A stretch of DNA of 64,000 nucleotides from positions 1 to 64,000 of the forward strand of contig JBDHWW010000006.1 of NCBI GenBank assembly GCA_039810425.1. Direction: 5' to 3'. The notes beneath the pieces are model-generated. The model was not told the DNA's origin. It saw nothing but the letters and a program-made list of their open reading frames with translations, and did not search any database. Positions within the stretch are counted from its first letter, which is position 1, and every line of letters starts with the position of its first letter. Of the stretch, positions 8,408 through 17,421 are shown in pieces. The DNA comes from Pseudobdellovibrionaceae bacterium. GTDB lineage: Bacteria; Bdellovibrionota; Bdellovibrionia; Bdellovibrionales; Bdellovibrionaceae. The translations under genes were made by a program, and so were the position numbers.

Positions 8408-9028
8408 CTAAACGACCTGTTTTTGTTCTCGGGCCTGTTGCTTGGCAAGCTTCCTTCGACGACGACCTTCCCACTTGCGATTTTCGTATTCCACTTTACG
8501 TGCTGATGCTCGCGATTGTTTATACAACTTCCGCATCATCCAAATAGATAACGGAATCGCTGCCATTGACAGATAGACGTGATTTTTTAGAAAGAGACTG
8601 TCTACGGTGGCGTAGGCTGCTGCGAGCATCGAAAAGATCCACGTCCATCGTCGCATCTCGGACTTGATGAAAGATTTGCGCGATTGCGGGTACGTCTTCA
8701 TCTGACGGAACGCCCACCTCATATATATAAACGGAGACGCAAGTAACACGACAATAAGAATCAGTGGAAGAAGCGCAACTGCTCCGTTGAAAGAATGAGG
8801 TTTCGAATAAAATTGTCCGCGCTCGAAGGTAGAAAATAGTCTGTGACCGGACTGCTTTGCTTTCAGAACCTGCACCCGCAGGCGCTCTTCTTCTTTTGAT
8901 TTTCCCGGGAAAGGATTGTGCGATTTTCTCACGAGCACTAATCGGAAATTTTGAAGTGCAACTTCATGCCGATCGGTGTTCCGAAAACGTCCGTTTTTGA
9001 GACAGCAGTTTTTGAAAACTAGCGCCAT
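8408..9028 (-). CDS. small membrane protein (true start probably well downstream of 9028, near 8790)
   Basis: Three hydrophobic segments and a basic tail in the last ~125 aa. The 5' part of the ORF overlaps the res-like site and is probably non-coding. Confidence 0.5.
   Translation of the reverse strand: MALVFKNCCLKNGRFRNTDRHEVALQNFRLVLVRKSHNPFPGKSKEEERLRVQVLKAKQSGHRLFSTFERGQFYSKPHSFNGAVALLPLILIVVLLASPFIYMRWAFRQMKTYPQSRKSFIKSEMRRWTWIFSMLAAAYATVDSLFLKNHVYLSMAAIPLSIWMMRKLYKQSRASARKVEYENRKWEGRRRRKLAKQQAREQKQVV
8977..9004. promoter_or_regulatory. res-type serine recombinase crossover/binding site
   Basis: 28-bp imperfect palindrome TGTTCCGAAAACG-TC-CGTTTTTGAGACA (13+2+13) immediately downstream of the resolvase gene. 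Confidence 0.6.
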
Positions 9029-9645
9029 TGAAATCGTTGGGGTTTTTGCGGCGAATTTTCAGGGGTTTTCGGAACGGCCTGGAGTGCTCGCGAAATGGCC
9101 CCACGGCTGACGCCAAGCTGCTTTTGAATCGCCGTGTAGCTCAAGCCCTGCTGTCGCAGGTCTTGAATCTTCGCGTCGTCCCTGGTTTTGGGTCGGCCCA
9201 GTGTCTTGCCCTGGCGGCGGGCGTGCTCCAGGCCTAACATGGTGCGCTCGATCAAAAGACTCTTTTCGAACTCAGCCAATGAGCCGAGAATTTGTGCCAG
9301 TAATCGTCCGGCGGGTGTCGTGTAATCAATGTTATCTTTGGTAGCGACAAACTGAACGCTTAGGGCCTGCCATTCTTCAAGTGTTGTCACTAGATGTTTG
9401 AGGCTGCGAAATAGGCGGTCCATCTTTACCACGACCACCACATCTATTTTTCGCTCTCGCACTAGTTTTAGAAGTTCCTTTAAGCCTGGCCGAGCATCTG
9501 TACCGCCGCTGAAGCCGTGATCAACGATTTCGTGTGCAATAGTCCAGCCTCGTGCTTCACAGTATCGGCGTAACTCATGGACTTGAACTTCAGGGTTCTG
9601 GTTGTGGTGGGATGTAGAAACTCGGGAATATGTTGCGACTTTCAT
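9019..9645 (-). CDS. serine recombinase (resolvase/invertase family) with C-terminal HTH
   Basis: YSRVST catalytic Ser, SG...RPGL, KMDRLFRS, LAEFEKSLLIERT..GL..AR..G..LGRP, HTH GLSYTAIQKQLGVSRGAISR. Confidence 0.95.
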   Translation of the reverse strand: MKVATYSRVSTSHHNQNPEVQVHELRRYCEARGWTIAHEIVDHGFSGGTDARPGLKELLKLVRERKIDVVVVVKMDRLFRSLKHLVTTLEEWQALSVQFVATKDNIDYTTPAGRLLAQILGSLAEFEKSLLIERTMLGLEHARRQGKTLGRPKTRDDAKIQDLRQQGLSYTAIQKQLGVSRGAISRALQAVPKTPENSPQKPQRFQWR

Positions 9646-9741
9646 CTAGGACCTCCGTTCCAATAATTATCGCCAGTTTTGGAACGAAATGCCCAAAGAA
9701 TTGGCCTGCACAGATGAGAGTACAAGAAGTAAAGTAATTTC

Positions 9742-10902
9742 ATGAGGATGACCGCTGCCCAAAAAATTTTGAACAAGCTAGAGCGCTCCAACAGAAGATG
9801 TCGACCGCTGGAGTTGGTGCCCGGAGAAAAGAACGCGGCATTTCTTGAGGTCTTCGCATCAACAATCAGTAGCCAAGAGCTGAAAGATTCGCTGGGCATT
9901 AAAAGGCAGACTCTTTCAGTAGCTATCGACCAACTCCATACTGCTAAAAAAATTTTGGTCTATAGGTTCTACGGTCAGGACCAGACATACATTTCTAATA
10001 ACGACTACCAAGAGAGACAGGGTGAATTTGCCCGGCATCCAGATATTCGAGTCGCATTGCCAGCGGAGCCAGAGGAAGAATTCGTAGGTGAACGACTTCT
10101 TGAGCTTGCATTCGGAAAATTGGTCGCGTCGGATGAAACTAAAAAACACATCTCTATAGGTGTGTCAGAAAAGACGGCAGAAGGTGGGGCCTTCCGCATT
10201 CATTTCAATACGGGTTTTCAATTGATGAACTTGTGTGTCCGGCGCTCCATCTTCGACATCAGCGGAGGGAATCCTGTTACAGTTTTCCTGTCTTACACGG
10301 CACCCTTGCATCTTCGTGATTATGACGTCGGAATTTCGCAGCAACAAATAAAGTTGTTTAGTTCCGGAAGCATGTGTTTGTGCCTTCCGCAACCGTCTCT
10401 TGGAGTGGCCAGCCCTTTTATTTTTTGGCCTGACAATGATGATGAGAAATCCTTGGACCTCGCAAAATTTGGTTTATATACCATCACGCTATATCCTGAC
10501 GGAAACTCCTTCGCAGTTACGCAGATTGCAGGGCCCTGGTGCCCCCAAGCGGTCAACTTAAACAACAAAGATGTAGAAGCTTTTCTTGATGTTGATCGAT
10601 GGACCATGAGCGATGAGATTTGGCCAATATCAAGTGAACGACTGCCATACTCTCCGCCACCAGCCGTTGAAGCAATGCCGGAATATAAACTTCCGGACGA
10701 ACTTGCGCCTCCGATGTTTTCTTTAGCTCCTTGGGCTGAACTTTCTCGTCTTCGCCATGAAGGAGTTGGGATCAATGTCGATGTTGTTGATCTCGACGAT
10801 TTTACAACTCTGTTCAGAGAATATCTAAGCAAACGGACATGGCGAATGAAAATGCCGGCACTGTTGACACTTCGTCAAACCAGTTTGTTGATAACAGCCT
10901 GA
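9742..10902 (+). CDS. hypothetical protein with possible N-terminal winged HTH
   Basis: 386-aa ORF; ISSQELKDSLGIKRQTLSVAIDQLHTAKKI resembles a wHTH; the rest is unrecognised. Confidence 0.65.
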   Translation: MRMTAAQKILNKLERSNRRCRPLELVPGEKNAAFLEVFASTISSQELKDSLGIKRQTLSVAIDQLHTAKKILVYRFYGQDQTYISNNDYQERQGEFARHPDIRVALPAEPEEEFVGERLLELAFGKLVASDETKKHISIGVSEKTAEGGAFRIHFNTGFQLMNLCVRRSIFDISGGNPVTVFLSYTAPLHLRDYDVGISQQQIKLFSSGSMCLCLPQPSLGVASPFIFWPDNDDEKSLDLAKFGLYTITLYPDGNSFAVTQIAGPWCPQAVNLNNKDVEAFLDVDRWTMSDEIWPISSERLPYSPPPAVEAMPEYKLPDELAPPMFSLAPWAELSRLRHEGVGINVDVVDLDDFTTLFREYLSKRTWRMKMPALLTLRQTSLLITA

Positions 10903-11010
10903 TCCACTTTGATACAGATCAATTTGTTCTAAGCGTCCAGCTCTTTTTGACGCCGAATTTTTATCCTGAATTCAGGTAACGCAATCACGCGTTCCTGAAC
11001 AGGAGTTGAT

Positions 11011-11340
11011 ATGAAGAAATATAAAAGAGGCGACATTTTATGTGGCGGACTTAAAGGGACAAGTTGGTTCCTTGTGACTGATGTGAGCTACGGTAAATCA
11101 AACTATGAAGACGAGACTGGGTATCTGTCTCTAGCCCCTTTGTTCGAGCGATATAAAGAAAATGAAAAAGAAATACCATTCATATTTGTTGAGTCACCTT
11201 CTGCTGGTGATCGACTTCAGAATATACCTAGAGAAATCGTCTCTATAAAAGTTCGACAAGAAATCCAATTCATCGAAAAGGCTATCCGCAAACACGAATT
11301 TGAACATCTTAATGCGAAGCTTTCAGACTACGTAAAATAA
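11011..11340 (+). CDS. hypothetical protein
   Basis: AGGAG RBS, 109-aa ORF. Confidence 0.65.
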   Translation: MKKYKRGDILCGGLKGTSWFLVTDVSYGKSNYEDETGYLSLAPLFERYKENEKEIPFIFVESPSAGDRLQNIPREIVSIKVRQEIQFIEKAIRKHEFEHLNAKLSDYVK

Positions 11341-11393
11341 CCAACAATGGGGCTTTCCAAGCCCCATTTCCATAACTGAGAAAAGAGAATCCT

Positions 11394-12086
11394 ATGGCGC
11401 TGGATAAAAATGAAATATTTGTGAGCTGGAAGTCAGATTGTATGTCCCTTGGACCTGAGCGATTCAAATCTTCGATGGGTAGCCATCTTCTAAAAGATCT
11501 TTTTAATAGATGGTTAGTTGCAGTTGGCTCAACGGAAGGACTTGAGCAGTTTGAATTATCGGCTATTGCCGTTCTAAGTATCACTTCAACACGGTCCGAA
11601 CTAAAGCGGAAGTATGCTGGATGGGCCGATAGATTGAAGGCTGAATTTAGATCACTGCTGAACTCGATCGATTTTTCGGTGGTTTCAGATTCCGAAATAG
11701 ACAAAAAAGAATACGCGCAGGTTATGACGGGCCTTCCTTACTTTACCTATTCCGCGCTCATAAGTGCTTGGGTAAAGCATCACTATGAGCCCATTTTAAT
11801 GGAGAAGTATAAAGACTATCCGTATTTGAGAGAGCCTCGGCACATTGAATTCGAGTTGCAACAACTAATTCTGGAAGGTCATCGCTTTGGGAGTTCTGTC
11901 TTTGTTGCTTACGACGAAAATGTAGGATCTCACGGTACGTACGATCACATCTATTTGGAAGCCTGGTATAAAGAATATGAACTTAAATTGCCTGAATCGG
12001 AGATTGAACCACAGTGGTTTAAAATCTGCCGTGAAGCATATCCCAATATCTTTACCCCAGTAAGCAGCGGAGGTCGTCATGAGTAA
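11394..12086 (+). CDS. hypothetical protein
   Basis: 230-aa ORF overlapping the next gene by 8 nt. Confidence 0.65.
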   Translation: MALDKNEIFVSWKSDCMSLGPERFKSSMGSHLLKDLFNRWLVAVGSTEGLEQFELSAIAVLSITSTRSELKRKYAGWADRLKAEFRSLLNSIDFSVVSDSEIDKKEYAQVMTGLPYFTYSALISAWVKHHYEPILMEKYKDYPYLREPRHIEFELQQLILEGHRFGSSVFVAYDENVGSHGTYDHIYLEAWYKEYELKLPESEIEPQWFKICREAYPNIFTPVSSGGRHE

Positions 12087-12600
12087 GTTAGATCATGCAG
12101 TTAAAACTCTTCAGCAAAGTACCCCTATTCTAATGTATACCACACCAATTGATGACAGCACGACAAATGCGGCTTGGAAGTATCTGATTCAAGAATACCA
12201 AACGGTTCAGCAACCTCTAAGCCGGGTTCTTGTGAGTATATTGAATGCCATTGTAACTCAACAAAGAACTCACTACGCGATTACTCGAAGCATGACGAGG
12301 CAGGTTGTGCAAAGTGATCCGAACTGGAAAAACAACCAACCAGGATTTAGCAATGAAGAATGGCCGACTATTCTAAAGCTTCTCAGCATCACCCGTATCG
12401 CAGTGCTCGTTCATAAAGGTGAAGGTCGAAGGCCCAGTGTCTACAGTGTTGGAGAAGAATGGTTACATTTGATCACCTCGAACGGAAATGCGAGATGCCA
12501 AGAGGCGGATGCAGTCTCCTTCGTTCAAAAAAATGAAATTGCTACTCTGGACCACAAAACGGCCCACAAAGCGGACCTAAAAGAAAAAAGGGAAAAATAA
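12079..12600 (+). CDS. hypothetical protein, candidate replication initiator (wHTH-like, ends in iteron-like repeats)
   Basis: GGAGG RBS; helix plus KGEGRRPSVYSV wing-like segment; 12-bp tandem repeats at its 3' end. Confidence 0.55.
   Translation: MSKLDHAVKTLQQSTPILMYTTPIDDSTTNAAWKYLIQEYQTVQQPLSRVLVSILNAIVTQQRTHYAITRSMTRQVVQSDPNWKNNQPGFSNEEWPTILKLLSITRIAVLVHKGEGRRPSVYSVGEEWLHLITSNGNARCQEADAVSFVQKNEIATLDHKTAHKADLKEKREK
12549..12584 (+). repeat. three imperfect 12-bp tandem repeats (iteron-like)
   Basis: GGACCACAAAAC / GGCCCACAAAGC / GGACCTAAAAGA, followed by an A-rich purine-skewed tract. Confidence 0.5.
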
Positions 12601-12858
12601 GGTAAAAGTAAATAGTCAAAAGCTAGTAGCAAAAGCTAAGGCAAGGACAGCGAACTTGCCTTTCTTTTTTTCTGGGAAAAACCAACGGAACAAACATAAC
12701 CTCCTATTTCAAATTGAGACGGCATCGTCATAAGAGACCTTTCACGCAGGAAAGCAAATCTGGAATTTGTCGTTTAGCGTCCAACTCTTTTAGACGCTCC
12801 TCCAACAATAATGGATTCAAGCAAAGCAACAATGCCGAGCGAAACCCAGGAGGATCAG

Positions 12859-12966
12859 ATGGAAATCAAGCAGGTGAAAATCGAATCGGTTCAAGAGTTT
12901 TTGGCTCGTGGTGGTCAGGTGAAGGTTTTGCGTCCTTCGCGCCGTCGCAACAACACTTGGCGATAA
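12859..12966 (+). CDS. 35-aa microprotein with SutA-like EFLARGG motif (not in the ORF track)
   Basis: GGAGGA RBS 4 nt before ATG; MEIKQVKIESVQEFLARGGQVKVLRPSRRRNNTWR*. Alternative in-frame ATG at 12811. Confidence 0.65.
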   Translation: MEIKQVKIESVQEFLARGGQVKVLRPSRRRNNTWR

Positions 12967-13052
12967 TTTTTCTGAGCATTTTTGTTTGAAACTGGTGATT
13001 ATTCGCGGCGGTCTCGGTGGGCGGGATCGCTGCACAAAACAAGGAGCAATTC

Positions 13053-14342
13053 ATGCGATGGGAGAAGCGAAAGGACAGGTACGGTAAGTCGTATTACAGC
13101 TTCTGTCATTGGGACCCGGTTTCTCGCCGGAACCTGCGCCTGAAGCGCTCCGAGATTCCAACGAACATTGTCACTGATGCTCAGGCCGACGAGTTCTGTC
13201 GACTGCGCGAAGCAGAGGACGAAGCTGCGAAGTACCGCATCGAACGTAAGCTCGCGTGGAACAAGAAGTTCTATGACTTCGAGAAGCTGCTGGAGATTTT
13301 TGAGGTGGCGTCGAAAGTTCGTGCCCCCAACTCGTGGCAGGCTCCGGTGTACTACCTGAAGCAGTACGCGCTCGACTTCTTCCTCAATCACAAGCAGTGC
13401 AACAACCTGAACAACTGGCCGCTGTTTTTTGAGGAATTTCGTGAGTGGCTGATGACCGTTCGCACGGGCAATCGCACGAAGGGTGACGGCCTCGCATTCA
13501 GTAGCCGCAACAGCGTAATCGGCGCCGTGAATCTATTTCTCGACGTGATGGCACGAAAGGGCAAGTGCGAGCAGGCTCCGAAGTGTCGGAAGTTTCCGCG
13601 GCACCTCGTGAACCGGCGCACCGCTGAGGACGTGATCTCCAACGAGGAAGCTAAGATCATCCACCAACGCCTCCTTGACCTCGATACGACTGGCATCGCC
13701 GCAGACTTCTTCCTCGTGCTTATGCACAGCGGTCTTCGTCTTGGTGAAGGTTTAGGAATTTCTCTAGCCGACTTTTCACCGGGTGTTCCAGAGGTTGCCC
13801 TGGTAAAGGGAGCAATCCAACGGCACGGCCTTCAATGCTTCGGGTTCATTGCTCTCGAGTCGCAGGTTGCAAGTGCGATCCACCCACGTAGCCAAGGCGG
13901 CAGAGTTTCGCGCAAGCCGCTCAAGGGGCGCAAACGCATCGACGCCAAAGGAGGCCGGACAATCCCGATCCTCGACAAGCAGGCCTTCAACGCTCTTGCG
14001 CGGCGGTTCAACGAGCAGACGGACTTGCTCGAGCGAAACAAGTATGGAGCAGCTAAGGGAGACTACTTGTTATTCGAAGGTCTCGAGAAGAATCGATTTT
14101 CACGTTTACTTCGTGAAGCCTACGAAGGAACGACGTTCAAACACAAGTCGCCCCACTGCGCACGGCACACATTCGCGACGAACCTAGCCGGCATCACTCA
14201 CGCAGACACTGGATTCTGCCGTCTGGTTCTCGGTCACAAAGACGAAGACACGACGCTGGGGTACGTCCACCTGTTCGAACAGATCAACCGCCAGGCCCGC
14301 GCCAAAGTGTTGGTGAAGTCGAAGATCGCGCTAGTCGAATAA
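13053..14342 (+). CDS. int: tyrosine recombinase / integrase
   Basis: AAGGAG RBS; HSGLRLGE (R), PHCARHTFAT (HxxR), LGHKDEDTTLGYVH (H, catalytic Y). Confidence 0.92.
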   Translation: MRWEKRKDRYGKSYYSFCHWDPVSRRNLRLKRSEIPTNIVTDAQADEFCRLREAEDEAAKYRIERKLAWNKKFYDFEKLLEIFEVASKVRAPNSWQAPVYYLKQYALDFFLNHKQCNNLNNWPLFFEEFREWLMTVRTGNRTKGDGLAFSSRNSVIGAVNLFLDVMARKGKCEQAPKCRKFPRHLVNRRTAEDVISNEEAKIIHQRLLDLDTTGIAADFFLVLMHSGLRLGEGLGISLADFSPGVPEVALVKGAIQRHGLQCFGFIALESQVASAIHPRSQGGRVSRKPLKGRKRIDAKGGRTIPILDKQAFNALARRFNEQTDLLERNKYGAAKGDYLLFEGLEKNRFSRLLREAYEGTTFKHKSPHCARHTFATNLAGITHADTGFCRLVLGHKDEDTTLGYVHLFEQINRQARAKVLVKSKIALVE

Positions 14343-14564
14343 GGGTAACTAGCGTTACCTGCGGATGATCGCGACGCAATATCAGAATTTTGCCTTTACA
14401 GTGGGAAGTGCCTTTGGTACGTAGTGAAAGGCTTTGGAAATGCCTGCCAGTCGCGGCCATAGTGGCTACGGTGAAATTTCCTGATCGTCATGTCAGATGG
14501 GTTCTAACACTTTTCGGACATCTTAACGCGACTACTGAACGTGTCCAAAGAAAGGTGTATACCT

Positions 14565-15146
14565 ATGTCAGCCCCTACAAAAGAACAGCTCAAAGCTCGT
14601 TCAAAACATTTAGCAAAATTGCTCCAGGAAAAATACAACATCAAAGTCAGTCACGGACATTGCCTTGATGTGATTTCGCAATTGTTCGGTTCGAAAGACT
14701 GGAACACGATGAGTGCCAGCGCTCCCAGCGAACCTGCAAAGGAAGTCCAACTCGATGGTCGCCAGGCTTTGATTAGAGCGTTGAACGACGGATTTAACTT
14801 TTATGTCGAGCAACCGTATAAGATCGACAAGTATCATGTCGGTGGCTCAAATGCGAGCCACCACGTTGAGCAAGGAACGGCTGTCGCGACCCAATTCGAC
14901 ATCCGCGTTGATCACTATCAGCGAAGTATAGCTCTGACTTTGCCTTTGACTAAAGGCGAAGTGGCAAGTGATTCAGTCGTACTTAAAGCCAAGACTGAAT
15001 ATAATAATTTTTTCGAACAGAAATTATACATGCGTGATCGAAACTCAGAAGACATCAATCCGCTTCATCGGGATCTGCAGGATCAAGCTGAGAAGGACAT
15101 GCACAACGAGATGAAGAAGTATTATCCTAACGATGATCGAAGTTAG
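14565..15146 (+). CDS. protein with glyoxalase-superfamily (Glyoxalase_8-like) N-terminal helical domain
   Basis: LKARSKHLAKLL....IKVSHGHCLDVISQLFGSKDWNTMSA matches the K..A..L......sh..aLe.vA...G..dWN.l.A pattern. Confidence 0.7.
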   Translation: MSAPTKEQLKARSKHLAKLLQEKYNIKVSHGHCLDVISQLFGSKDWNTMSASAPSEPAKEVQLDGRQALIRALNDGFNFYVEQPYKIDKYHVGGSNASHHVEQGTAVATQFDIRVDHYQRSIALTLPLTKGEVASDSVVLKAKTEYNNFFEQKLYMRDRNSEDINPLHRDLQDQAEKDMHNEMKKYYPNDDRS

Positions 15147-15178
15147 TCAGTAGATGATCTGATTTTGCAATAGTTCGA

Positions 15179-15215
15179 GCCCCCCAAGGGTCAAGTTGTG
15201 TTGAACTTTGGGGGC
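15179..15215. terminator. bidirectional hairpin between convergent genes
   Basis: GCCCCCCAAGGGTCAA-gttgtg-TTGAACTTTGGGGGC. Confidence 0.55.
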
Positions 15216-15220
15216 AAGTT

Positions 15221-15640
15221 TCAGGGAATGAGATCAATATGGCTTGGTTGCGGTAGTGGCTTGGTCATATCTCTGCCTGATTCAGCACCGGGCCAAATCT
15301 TCTTGTAGGAATCGAGCCACATCTCAAGGTTTCTGATTTTTATTTCGTTGCGTGCTCGCTCAAGCATGGATCCAATTTGATCGACCGCAGCTTTGCGAAG
15401 TCGAAACAGCTCAAACTCGTTGTCAGTCGTGCGATTGCATTGGAGCAAAACGGAGATCAAGTCCAAAGCATGAATGGAAAATGAATTTCTATCGAGGGCA
15501 TACGGTCCAATCCAAGCGACCTGCGAACGATGTGCTCCTTCGAGTTTCTGTAGGGCAAATTCGACTTCGCGACGTTGGGACTCGCTCAGATCGAAATGCA
15601 GATTTGGAAAAAAGCGGCTTTCACCTTCGAGTCTCATCAT
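15221..15640 (-). CDS. hypothetical protein
   Basis: 139-aa ORF overlapping the upstream gene by 4 nt. Confidence 0.55.
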   Translation of the reverse strand: MMRLEGESRFFPNLHFDLSESQRREVEFALQKLEGAHRSQVAWIGPYALDRNSFSIHALDLISVLLQCNRTTDNEFELFRLRKAAVDQIGSMLERARNEIKIRNLEMWLDSYKKIWPGAESGRDMTKPLPQPSHIDLIP

Positions 15641-15954
15641 TCGACCGACACTCCTAACGGCAGAAGTACCTTCAATGAACCATAGAGCAAACCAATCGCC
15701 GGCGAAACTCTGTCTTGGAGTTCGGTTTCGTCAAGATCCTCAAGTTGATTGAGCAGATTCTGAACGATTGAAATGGTCATGACCTTTTTTCTTGTATCCG
15801 CCGACACATGAGCCACCGACTGGCCATTTGATGACTTCTCCAATGTGATCGAAACAAGATCGACCTTCGGTTGAAAAAGTACAATCACGTCAAAGCCGGG
15901 AAAGAAATTGGCAAGTCGTCGTTGGATATTTTCCGAATCGCTCATCGAGCCCAC
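15637..15954 (-). CDS. hypothetical protein
   Basis: ~102-105-aa ORF just inside the tRNA-proximal end of the island. Confidence 0.5.
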   Translation of the reverse strand: MGSMSDSENIQRRLANFFPGFDVIVLFQPKVDLVSITLEKSSNGQSVAHVSADTRKKVMTISIVQNLLNQLEDLDETELQDRVSPAIGLLYGSLKVLLPLGVSVE

Positions 15955-16169
15955 CCTGGGAAAAAGGCATGGGAAAGCCTCCTACTCACTGCCGGTGAGC
16001 GTGGATCGCTTTGTATTGCAAAATTTTGTCGAGATGATTCGTGCACCAATCGTGGCTCCTCAACCTTTGGGATTTTCCACGCACCAACGAACCCGGAGAT
16101 GGTCAGTTCAGAATTTGATTTTTCGATTTTATTATTGATTTCAGGTCTTTAATCAATTTCTCCAGGTGC

Positions 16170-16251
<82 letters not shown>

Positions 16252-16409
16252 ACAAGGGACTCTTTCAAATGAGGGACCACTATAGGTCCCCAAGTTGATG
16301 GCGTCAACCCCCAAACTTGGTTTATTTGTGGGATAAGTGTGCAAAAACTCCTCAAAAATTAAAATAATTGGTTCTAAGATGGAACTAATTCGCCGATTCG
16401 GGAGTTTTT

Positions 16410-17390
16410 ATGAAGAAAGCGCTCAAGATTACAGCAACTATTTTAGGAATCCTCACCATAGGTTTTGCAATTGTCGCCGTGTTAATTATCAAAAAACTTC
16501 CCTCACCTTGGGAAGTCAAACAAGCAATCTCTCCTAAAAAAGCTCAAAGTCCGGTGTTTGTTCAACAAGCGCCGGCAAAGGCCGGGGAGCCGTCTCCGTC
16601 ACTCAATCAGGCCAAGGAAGAAGTACCGAAAAATTACGAAGAAAAAGTCGATGAAGGCAAAGCGCGCATCTGGCAAGTTCTCAAAGAGGATTTTATGAGC
16701 GAGCAAACGCCGCTTTCGACGGTTTGCAACCACCTGAACAACGCTGAGAAAAGTCATTTCCTGCGTAAAGACGATAGTGGATCTGCTAACGAATTTATGA
16801 AAAGCCTTTCAGAAAATGATCAGAAGGATCCAGTTGCCGAATCCGCAGCCACCCTGTTTCGCTTTATTTTCCGCGTCGATGGCATGCGCGAACTTTTTGA
16901 TATGATCGAAAAAGCTGACGCCGAACATGACCAAGGACTTTTTAAAAAGGCCGAGTTCTATACGAAACTCGGCATTGCAGGACAAAATATCCGTTCCAAT
17001 AAAACCAACATTGATCGCATTTTGATGAAAAGTTATAACTTGTACACACTTTCACGTGCCGTCGGTCGCCATCCGGAGCTTGCGCGCGATCCTGCGACCC
17101 TGCGCTTCTGCGAGCAAATCGAAAAGAATATCAATCTTAAATTAGACTTTAATCCCGATGAGCAGGCTGGAGAGCTACAGAAATTTTTGGATTACGCCAA
17201 AGTCGATCCTAAAGAGGTCGGCTATGACCCGAACTATCGATCCAACGTGGACTTCAACTTTAAAAACAACAGCTTGCAGTTGACTCAGACGTGGATCGAA
17301 AAGCTCTTTGCGAAAGACATCGGGCGGGCGAAGCGGGAAGTGAATAAAGGAGGCCCCGCGACAGCCCCTGATTCGACGTCAAATGACTAG
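16410..17390 (+). CDS. membrane-anchored hypothetical protein
   Basis: GGGAG RBS, N-terminal TM helix, 326 aa. Confidence 0.75.
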   Translation: MKKALKITATILGILTIGFAIVAVLIIKKLPSPWEVKQAISPKKAQSPVFVQQAPAKAGEPSPSLNQAKEEVPKNYEEKVDEGKARIWQVLKEDFMSEQTPLSTVCNHLNNAEKSHFLRKDDSGSANEFMKSLSENDQKDPVAESAATLFRFIFRVDGMRELFDMIEKADAEHDQGLFKKAEFYTKLGIAGQNIRSNKTNIDRILMKSYNLYTLSRAVGRHPELARDPATLRFCEQIEKNINLKLDFNPDEQAGELQKFLDYAKVDPKEVGYDPNYRSNVDFNFKNNSLQLTQTWIEKLFAKDIGRAKREVNKGGPATAPDSTSND

Positions 17391-17421
17391 ACATCTTAAT
17401 TTCTCCAAGCCCCGGGATCAC

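Noticed and set aside
12714..12989. 91-aa ORF as an independent gene
   Set aside because: TTG start without an RBS and overlaps the better-supported 35-aa SutA-like ORF; kept only as a possible frameshifted continuation of 12079-12600.
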